DNA from: Candidatus Obscuribacteraceae bacterium
Lineage (GTDB): Bacteria; Cyanobacteriota; Vampirovibrionia; Obscuribacterales; Obscuribacteraceae
Direction of reading: 5' to 3'
NCBI GenBank assembly: GCA_044226015.1
Contig: JBGAHS010000003.1
Coordinates: 768,001 to 832,000 of the forward strand
DNA: 64,000 bases
Made by a program: the position numbers and the translations under genes. Position 1 is the first letter of the stretch, and every line of letters starts with the position of its first letter. Below are positions 57,267 through 64,000 of this stretch, in pieces. The notes beneath the pieces were generated by a model. The model worked only from the letters and a program-made list of their open reading frames with translations, had not been told where the DNA came from and searched no databases.

Positions 57267-59339
57267 ATGAAGAACAATAACGTTCGCTTGCTCTCGAAAC
57301 ATCGCCTGTTGCAGTCCGCGCTTCCCCTGCGGCTGATCAACCACACCGGCGAGGTGAAGGACATCCATCGTCTTTTGCATGCTCACGAGGGCGGACAAAT
57401 CTGCCGCAAGCCGCTTATCGTTTTGCCCGGTACCGGTCGCAAAACGTTCAAGCTGCCCAACGAGGCGGAACTGATCGCGGTGTGCGTTCAGTACATCAAC
57501 AAGGTCGCAGCCGAACAGCGCGCCCGCAAGGCTGCTGCTGCCCAGGCCGCGGCTGCCATGGCTCGCAAGGCGCCCGTCAACGCTGCGCCCGAGGAGAAAG
57601 CTCCTGAGCCTTCCGTCAAGGAAATCCTCGACGGCCCGACCATCGAGCAGCTCATCCCCCTGATTCAGGAGGCGGGCCCGACGCTGAACAACAATGGCGG
57701 AACGCTGTTCCTCGCCGCTGGTGGTCTGTCGGAATCGATGTACGAAGGTCGCTTCGAGGAGCACCTGGCGCCCATCTTCGACCCGCCGCAGGGCATCGAG
57801 GAGTGGGCCAAGAAGAACATGCCGGCCAAGTTCAAGGACACGGTCGAAAGCCTTCGCTTCCACTGGGAGGAGATCTACAAGCTCTTCATCGGTGACCAGA
57901 GCAAGAAGCCGAACGTGCAGGGCGCTCTGCCCAGCGTCATGCATGCGGTGAAGGCGAACTTCCCGGAAGCCGGCGAGGAAGAGGTGATCACCGCGGCTGT
58001 CAGCGTCGTCTGCAAGGCGTTGGCGCAGATCATCAGCGTCCTCAGCATGTGGGACAACAGCTTCGCTCAGCAGCGTGACGGCAAGTACACCGAGCTCATG
58101 TACGTCACGTACACGCTCGAGCAGTGCTTCAAGCTGATGACCGCGAATGCAGGCATTCAGACCATCGTGATGCATGTGGGCGACGTCTACATGCCTCGCT
58201 ACTCTGGCTCTGGTCCTGCCACCATCCCCGGTGCTCGTGGTCCTCTCTGCTCGCACCTGATGGAAGTGCCGTTCAACATGCGGCATCAGCTCATCACCAA
58301 CATGCCGGTCTTCACCCACGAATTCCGGCACGACGTCTACGCTGACATTCCGAACCTGCCCGTGCAGATGGCGCAGGCGGTCATCGACAGCATCGAGCGC
58401 AGTGCTGGGTCCTACAAGTTCTCGTCTGAGACGATCTCGCTTGGCGGTCAGAAGGTTCCGACCCTCGAACTGATCAAGCAGATCTACGTTCAGACGCTGA
58501 GCGAGACGGACGCCGACATCGCCGGTGGTGTTCTGTTGACCGGTCCGGCCTTCGGCAAGTCGATGGTCACGGTGTTCAGCGCGCTCAATACCATGGGCGG
58601 CAGCGTTCTCAACGCTGATGCGATGCTGCGCTCTGGCAGCCGCTACGCGATCGACACCGACAACGGCGAGCCGCAGCTGGTCTTCGCTGTGCACATGCCG
58701 GACTACCCGCGCGCCTACGTGGTTGCTGCGGCTCTCGATGTGCTGGGCTTCAAGAACGAAGCCAACGAGATTCGCGCGATTGCCGACCAGGCAGCGGGCG
58801 ACAAGAAGCCGACCAAGGTGGTCTGGACGAACGGCGACCGTGAGGACAAGCGGTTCAAGTTCAAGATCGAAGTTCCGTTCAACGACCTCATCCAGGTCGC
58901 GCCGGCCGTTGTTGATGCCATCATCAACACCAAGCTGGAGTGCCTGGGCAACCGGTCGATGGGCGAACTGGTCTTCTTCGATCAGCACAAGCAGGACAAG
59001 GTCTTGAAGCTCGCCACGGTGCTCGCCGCTGGCAAGTCCGAGATTCCGGCCGAGGCTGGTGACGTGTTCGCAACGTATGTTGCTGCCGCTGCCATCACCG
59101 CGTACTGGGACCTCTGCAAGTCCGGCATGCGTCCGCGTCGTGCGTTGGCTCAGGTGGAATCCTGCGCTCGCAAGATGCTCGACGAAGTCCAGAAGCGTGA
59201 TGCCGCTAACCCGGCGCCTCAGCCTCCGGCTCCTGCCCCGGTCGAGCCTGCCCCTGCTCCGACTGCTCCGGAAACCCCGGCGCAGCCTGCTCCTCAGCCT
59301 GAGAAGGCTCCGGAGGGCGAGGGCACGGACAACAACTAG
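57267..59339 (+). CDS. Uncharacterised HExxH zincin-like protein
   Basis: AAGGAG RBS before ATG 57267; THEFRH, downstream ETDAD..G..LTGPAF and HMPDYPR; Pro-rich tail. Confidence 0.72.
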   Translation: MKNNNVRLLSKHRLLQSALPLRLINHTGEVKDIHRLLHAHEGGQICRKPLIVLPGTGRKTFKLPNEAELIAVCVQYINKVAAEQRARKAAAAQAAAAMARKAPVNAAPEEKAPEPSVKEILDGPTIEQLIPLIQEAGPTLNNNGGTLFLAAGGLSESMYEGRFEEHLAPIFDPPQGIEEWAKKNMPAKFKDTVESLRFHWEEIYKLFIGDQSKKPNVQGALPSVMHAVKANFPEAGEEEVITAAVSVVCKALAQIISVLSMWDNSFAQQRDGKYTELMYVTYTLEQCFKLMTANAGIQTIVMHVGDVYMPRYSGSGPATIPGARGPLCSHLMEVPFNMRHQLITNMPVFTHEFRHDVYADIPNLPVQMAQAVIDSIERSAGSYKFSSETISLGGQKVPTLELIKQIYVQTLSETDADIAGGVLLTGPAFGKSMVTVFSALNTMGGSVLNADAMLRSGSRYAIDTDNGEPQLVFAVHMPDYPRAYVVAAALDVLGFKNEANEIRAIADQAAGDKKPTKVVWTNGDREDKRFKFKIEVPFNDLIQVAPAVVDAIINTKLECLGNRSMGELVFFDQHKQDKVLKLATVLAAGKSEIPAEAGDVFATYVAAAAITAYWDLCKSGMRPRRALAQVESCARKMLDEVQKRDAANPAPQPPAPAPVEPAPAPTAPETPAQPAPQPEKAPEGEGTDNN

Positions 59340-59359
59340 CTGATGGCGAAAGCCTGAGG

Positions 59360-59398
59360 CGGGGGAAGACGGATGAGAAATCATCCGTTTTCCCTTTT
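59360..59398 (+). terminator. Intrinsic terminator
   Basis: GGGAAGACGGATGA-gaaa-TCATCCGTTTTCCC followed by TTTT. Confidence 0.75.
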
Positions 59399-59481
59399 AA
59401 GAGTTTTTCTATTCATCCATATAGTGGAACAGGTTCTATATCCCCTATAATTGCTGGGGCTCTTACTACTTGGGTGGAAGA

Positions 59482-60612
59482 ATGGTGACAGTGCGCAGGT
59501 TTCGAAATTTGCATGATCCGCAGTCTGAGAAGGTCTGGAACTCCGAATGTCTAGAAAATCGAGTAATCATGCGTTCGGGAAAAATGTCTGCTCAGAAGCT
59601 AAGCGAGAAAATCTTGGACAATGCTGACGCTGCTCTTGTATATGCCGAAAAGGAGGAGTGGACCCGGCTAAAAAAGGGTTATGAGCTATCAATGCCAGGA
59701 GCTGAACCTGGTGAGCCTTTAATGCATCTCTATCTTGGGGCTTCTCATAGTGGTTCGATGCTGATGGAAGTGCTAGAGAATGGGCAATTGTTGGTCAACC
59801 GGTACAATCAAAACAGCCAGCACGATGAATTGATCTTTCTTACAGATGAGGGAAAAGTGGCAGAGGTGCTGCCTCTTCCGGAAACCAATAGTCTGGTCTG
59901 GAACGCCAAATTCAGCCGACCAAGTAGTTTGTTGTTGCTTGTAGATCATCAGGTTTTTAGCTATTCAATGCAAGACAAACAATTCCGAAAGTTAGGGAAA
60001 AGAAATTCTAACCCTGCCAGTTTTCTTTGCTGTAGCGGCGATGTTCTTGCCTGGTATGAGGAGCCTGAGATTGTTTTTGTAGATAGAGTTACTGGAGAGA
60101 TTTCAAGAAAACAAACAGTGAAACCAGAGAAGTTTGGAGGGCATACATTGCAGTTAAAGGCTGAGCTCTCGCCAGACTCAAAAACTCTTGCTTTGTGCTG
60201 CAAGAGTGGAGAAATTATGCTAATTGATGTTGCTAGTGGTGAGATACGCTGTTCACTAAAAGCAGATTTTCAGATGGTGAGAAAGCTAGTTTTCAGTCCG
60301 GATGGCAATTATCTGTTTTTCCAAGAGGCTTATGGTGACTGGGGATTGTATTGCATCGATCTCCAACAGGGAGAACTAAGCAAAGACTTTCCGCATATTC
60401 GCGATACGGCTGGCGGTGATTTCGCTGTTAATACTTGCGGTAAACTGGCAGTTTCATCCAGCAAGTGGATTGACGTTATTGAGTTACTTAGCATGGAAAA
60501 AGTATTGAGATTCCGTGTTGATCATGCTGTTAAGTCTTGCGCAATGAAGTTCTACAGTGGTCAGCTTTGTGTTCGGACAGACTACGGTTGTTTGAGCCTT
60601 TATTCAGTTTAA
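59482..60612 (+). CDS. WGR-like domain plus WD40-like beta-propeller protein
   Basis: N-terminal KVW...RSGK...LKKGY resembles a WGR domain; LSPDSKTLA and VFSPDGNYL resemble propeller blades. Confidence 0.65.
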   Translation: MVTVRRFRNLHDPQSEKVWNSECLENRVIMRSGKMSAQKLSEKILDNADAALVYAEKEEWTRLKKGYELSMPGAEPGEPLMHLYLGASHSGSMLMEVLENGQLLVNRYNQNSQHDELIFLTDEGKVAEVLPLPETNSLVWNAKFSRPSSLLLLVDHQVFSYSMQDKQFRKLGKRNSNPASFLCCSGDVLAWYEEPEIVFVDRVTGEISRKQTVKPEKFGGHTLQLKAELSPDSKTLALCCKSGEIMLIDVASGEIRCSLKADFQMVRKLVFSPDGNYLFFQEAYGDWGLYCIDLQQGELSKDFPHIRDTAGGDFAVNTCGKLAVSSSKWIDVIELLSMEKVLRFRVDHAVKSCAMKFYSGQLCVRTDYGCLSLYSV

Positions 60613-60893
60613 TAAGCTGCGCAGCAAAGCTCTCGCCTTCGCGCTAGCTTCACGAGCCAGCGAAGAGTTTCATCAAGTCTCGCTTTAACTTAGCGCAAGA
60701 ATGCTGGTTTTTGACTGATGAGAAAGCATAGAGTCAGTTGTCAACCAACTTTTTTCTTCTTCCACCCAGGTTCCAGAAACCAAATCCCAATCCACGCATC
60801 TAGAGCTTTTAGCTGTCTTTCAGGACATCGAGCTCAGTCTACCTTGCGTGAATCGGGGTTCCACTGCCAGCATCAGCTGGAGAAAGAGGCAAC

Positions 60894-61835
60894 ATGATCC
60901 CGTACAATGATGTTCCCCCGTCGGCCAATGAGGCTGCTCTCATCGACCTTCTCGTCCAGCTCACCCTGGAGAAGCAGCGCAAGAATCACCAGGCCGGCCA
61001 GGTCGCTCGCCGTGATGTTCATTCGAAGTCGCTCGGCGCCGTGAAGGTTCAGGTTCGCGTTCTCGACAATCTGGCGCCGTCGTTGCAGGTTGGACTCTTC
61101 GCCACGCCGGCGACCTACGATGGCGTGATCCGCTTTTCGAACGGAGCGATGGGCCCCACCGGCTACGACATCATCCCCAACGTCCGCGGCATGGCTCTGA
61201 AGCTCTACGGAGTTCCCGGCGCCAAGCAGCTTCCCGGCGAGGAAGCTTCCACCGAGATGGACCTTTTGATGGCCAACGACCCCGGCTTCTTCATTCCCGT
61301 GATCGAGCAGTATGTGCTCGTGACGCAGGGCAAGATGAAGGAACTGGCGCTGAAGCACCCGCGGACCGTCGGTCTGCTGCTCGGAGCGCTGAAGGTCATC
61401 AAGAACCCGCTGACGACGAGCTATTTCTCGCAGTTGCCGTATCGCTTCGGCGCTTATGCCTGCAAGTTCTCGCTCGTTCCGACTGCGACGACGCCGCTTC
61501 TTAGCTTCCCGAACGTGTTTGATCGTGATTATCTGCGGCATGCCGTGGAGCAGACGGTCAACAACGGCGGCAGCAAGTTCGTTCTCGGCGTTCAGTTCCA
61601 GCGCGAGGGCGAAAGCGTTGAGGATTCGACGCATCGCTGGACGGGCAAGTTCTATCGTCTGGCCGAAGTGACGGTTCTGCCGCACGCTGGTTCGATCGAG
61701 GAATCGCTCGGCGAGGGTCTGTCCTTCAACCCGTGGCGCACTCTGGCTGCTCACGAGCCCCTCGGCTGGGCGAGCCGCGTCCGCAAGGCTGTCTACGACG
61801 CCGACTTCAAGTGGCGCCGAGACCAGAACAAGTAA
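60894..61835 (+). CDS. Short catalase-related heme protein (mini-catalase)
   Basis: RRDVHSK (distal His), IRFSNG, RGMALK, DLLMAN, FNPW, RKAVY (proximal Tyr). Confidence 0.85.
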   Translation: MIPYNDVPPSANEAALIDLLVQLTLEKQRKNHQAGQVARRDVHSKSLGAVKVQVRVLDNLAPSLQVGLFATPATYDGVIRFSNGAMGPTGYDIIPNVRGMALKLYGVPGAKQLPGEEASTEMDLLMANDPGFFIPVIEQYVLVTQGKMKELALKHPRTVGLLLGALKVIKNPLTTSYFSQLPYRFGAYACKFSLVPTATTPLLSFPNVFDRDYLRHAVEQTVNNGGSKFVLGVQFQREGESVEDSTHRWTGKFYRLAEVTVLPHAGSIEESLGEGLSFNPWRTLAAHEPLGWASRVRKAVYDADFKWRRDQNK

Positions 61836-61850
61836 TCGCACCTACAGACT

Positions 61851-61890
61851 GGGGGAACGGCGCGCAAGCGCCGTTTCTCCCTTTCTTTTT
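61851..61890 (+). terminator. Intrinsic terminator
   Basis: GGGGGAACGGCGC-gcaa-GCGCCGTTTCTCCC followed by TTTCTTTTT. Confidence 0.8.
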
Positions 61891-62352
61891 CGCTTTTGTT
61901 GTTACGACTATGGGTAGTAGAGCATTTCTATACTGTGTGTTTGGTAAGTGGTTTCCGCTCTGGGCCAGACTTTCGGAGGACTTATCAAGATGAAAATACC
62001 TATCCAGATTGATGGTGAAGGTCGCGTGATCAACCTTTAGATTGAGTTCGTTAGCACAACGATTTTGCTGAGTCATGGCCAGGCGGGGTTTTGCTGAGAT
62101 CTAAGTCCGGGCAAAAACAATTCCTTTATCTACGAAGGTCATTTCGCTGCGTTTCGTTTCGCTAAGTCATTCTAAAGGTCTATTGAATGCCGAAGCGCCA
62201 AATTACTAGGTTTAGGGCGTCTCTTTTTTCCATCTCAGTAGCGCAGGTAGATCTCTCGAAACCACCAAGTCCCAACTCAAATTCAGCAAAATATTCGCCT
62301 GATCTATGCGCCGCTTTGAGCTGGTTTCAACCACGAACGAAAGGAAACTGCC

Positions 62353-62916
62353 ATGACCACGACGAACTTCGTTATGAGCGAGCAACAGCTTCGCGATATG
62401 GCCCTCAACGCCATGCTTCTTGCCCTGGATGCCCAGTCTGCTGCTCTCCACTCGATGGATCGCGAGCACAGCCTCGGCGTCGAGAATGGTTATTCCATCG
62501 ACAATCTGCGCCAGCGCTCCAAGGACCTGATTCAGGCTGCTCAGACCGTCGTCAAGACTGCTGATTCCATGTCGCTGGATGACCTTCGCGAGAAGATCAT
62601 GTCTCTGGCGGTGACGTCGTCTCGTCTGAAGACTTCAGCTGACGCCTTCAAAGTCAGCAGCCAGGGACGGGCGAAGAACCGCTACGAGCACCTGGAACTT
62701 TTGCTCGGCGACAACAAGAACAAGGACGGCGTCGTCGGCTCTGCGCCTGCGCGCGACCCGCGGCAGCTCACTGTCGAAGCCGGCCGAGCCTGCCTGCGAG
62801 CTGAGGTCGACGAATATGACGCCTTCGCTCTCCAGATCCACGCGGTCTGCAATCTGGCGCTGGAATACGCGCTCAACGCGGCCGCCAAAGCCGCACGCAG
62901 CTTCTCCAACATCTGA
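62353..62916 (+). CDS. Hypothetical all-helical protein
   Basis: AAGGA RBS; 187 aa; same codon style as its neighbours. Confidence 0.7.
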   Translation: MTTTNFVMSEQQLRDMALNAMLLALDAQSAALHSMDREHSLGVENGYSIDNLRQRSKDLIQAAQTVVKTADSMSLDDLREKIMSLAVTSSRLKTSADAFKVSSQGRAKNRYEHLELLLGDNKNKDGVVGSAPARDPRQLTVEAGRACLRAEVDEYDAFALQIHAVCNLALEYALNAAAKAARSFSNI

Positions 62917-62940
62917 CAATCTGAACAAGGAGCTTGAATC

Positions 62941-63564
62941 ATGAAATTCCACAATCCTATGGTTGTGCAGAGCTTCAGCCTGCAACGTGGAGTGACGTTC
63001 ACGCTGAATAGCTGTCTGGGAACGCAGGACGACCCCGGTGTGGAGAACATCGTGACCGACCTGCTCGTTCTCGGCGAGATGGCGAATTGCCGCCTGCCTG
63101 CCGTCGAAGCCCTCGACGCCAAGCTCGGAGGCAAGGTCGCCGCAGCTCTGGCTGATGTGAACTTCACCGGCCAGGCTGGCGAGAGCGTCCTGGTGAATGT
63201 CAATGACCCGACGGCGTCCCAGAAGTACATTCTGGTCATCGGGCTCGGCGACATCGCGCACTACAACGGACGCAGCGTCTGTGGCTTTACGCGCAAGGTT
63301 CTCGAAGTCGCCAAGGAACTCGGCGTCGAGAAGATCAGCATTCCGTTTTTCCCCAATCGGCAGACGGAAGAGAAGGTCTGTCTCGCCGCAACGGCAGCCA
63401 CAATGGTTTGCCGCGTGACGATGTTCATTCCGAGCCTTCCGAACCTGAAGGAAATCGAGGTACTCTCGACTCCTCAGGCTCGGCGGCATCTTCAAGATGG
63501 GCTGTTCGGTCGCACGCCGCGCTGCATCATCTGCACCAACCCCGAGTTGGGTCATCAGAGCTAG
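62941..63564 (+). CDS. Stand-alone leucyl aminopeptidase (M17) N-terminal-like / macro-fold domain protein
   Basis: LDAKLGGKV..L....FTGQAGE...ILVIGLG resembles Peptidase_M17_N; no M17 catalytic domain; AAGGAG RBS. Confidence 0.7.
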   Translation: MKFHNPMVVQSFSLQRGVTFTLNSCLGTQDDPGVENIVTDLLVLGEMANCRLPAVEALDAKLGGKVAAALADVNFTGQAGESVLVNVNDPTASQKYILVIGLGDIAHYNGRSVCGFTRKVLEVAKELGVEKISIPFFPNRQTEEKVCLAATAATMVCRVTMFIPSLPNLKEIEVLSTPQARRHLQDGLFGRTPRCIICTNPELGHQS

Positions 63565-63576
63565 TTCGTAAGAACT

Positions 63577-63620
63577 GGCGGCGGAGAGGCTAACGCTTCT
63601 CCGCTTTTTCTTTTTATTTT
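63577..63620 (+). terminator. Intrinsic terminator
   Basis: GCGGAGAGGC-taac-GCTTCTCCGC followed by a long T tract. Confidence 0.8.
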
Positions 63621-63848
63621 GGTGCTATTAGCAGTAGTACTATAGAGAATCGCGAAGTTGTTCAGCAAAAAATAGCTCGAGCCAGCTTGTTATGAAATAC
63701 ACGCATTGCTAAATTCTGCGGTTCTGGAAAGTAGGCAGCTGAACAGTTACATATGTGGAACAGCTTTTGCTCTAGGTGCTACGATATTCAGTTTGCCCGA
63801 CCTGGCATTTGCTGCCAGTTTAGAGCACTTAACAGCGTTGGAGTGTGC

Positions 63849-64000
63849 ATGAGATCAAAAGTTCTCTGGCTTTTAATGTCCCTGGAAATGAGTTTTGCCA
63901 GTTTGACGGCAGACGCTGCAATTGAGCCTTTAGGCGCGAAGACAACTATTTCAAAAGTCAGTCATTCAAGTAAGGTCTTGAATTTAAAGGAAGAAGCAAA
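63849..64000 (+). CDS. Partial CDS, probable secreted protein (runs off the window)
   Basis: GGAG RBS, then MRSKVLWLLMSLEMSFASLTADA..., open to the window end. Confidence 0.5.
   Translation, partial: MRSKVLWLLMSLEMSFASLTADAAIEPLGAKTTISKVSHSSKVLNLKEEA

Noticed and set aside
55948..59384. Long antisense ORFs (432 aa and 859 aa) opposite M4 copy 2 and the HExxH gene
   Set aside because: Shadow frames caused by the codon bias of the sense genes (few TTA/CTA/TCA codons); no RBS or recognisable motifs.
1277..60715. Apparent short-spacer promoters (TTGA.. 10-15 nt before TAnnnT at pepF, rnpB, clpC, 6S and catalase)
   Set aside because: Spacing is inconsistent and several have extended -10 TG motifs that need no -35; probably chance.
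60751..60770. Pyrimidine tract plus CAG/G resembling a eukaryotic splice acceptor
   Set aside because: Bacterial context with intact SD-led ORFs and no donor sites or introns; kept only as a possible promoter or leader motif.
50728..64000. tRNA-Asp as the integration site of an island to its right
   Set aside because: No integrase and no duplicated tRNA 3' end seen within the window; the flanking kinase and pepN have host-like codon usage.
1..64000. CRISPR array, IS element or prophage
   Set aside because: No regularly spaced direct repeats, transposase, cas or phage structural genes found by eye.

Overview
This is a 64 kb chromosomal segment spanning the replication origin of a bacterium. 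The lineage is most likely non-photosynthetic Cyanobacteriota (Vampirovibrionia/Melainabacteria, Obscuribacterales-like); this is an inference from cyanobacteria-type ClpC, YidC, RNase P RNA and 6S RNA plus many TPR and Ser/Thr kinase genes. The core is jag-yidC-yidD-rnpA-rpmH divergent from dnaA-oriC-dnaN-tRNA-Asp. Other housekeeping genes include clpC, topA, 6S RNA-tsaE, rnpB-trmD, pncB, a thiolase/FadJ-type beta-oxidation pair, an amino-sugar cluster, pepN and pepF. I found no integrase, transposase or CRISPR array. Main observations: (1) oriC uses a variant DnaA box (TTWTCTACA), the DnaA recognition helix is altered (RKHTSALY), and the origin holds a dense GATC cluster. (2) A dispersed class of cassettes has sharply different codon usage, mostly peptidases and hydrolases (two protealysin-like M4 proteases, an unknown HExxH zincin, patatin, mini-catalase, stand-alone M17-N domain). 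All are on the leading strand and have long leader hairpins, a pyrimidine-CCCAG-like upstream motif and long-stem terminators. (3) A 1370-aa DUF559 nuclease-UvrD-proline-rich-double zinc ribbon fusion. (4) Two candidate uncharacterised structured RNAs.
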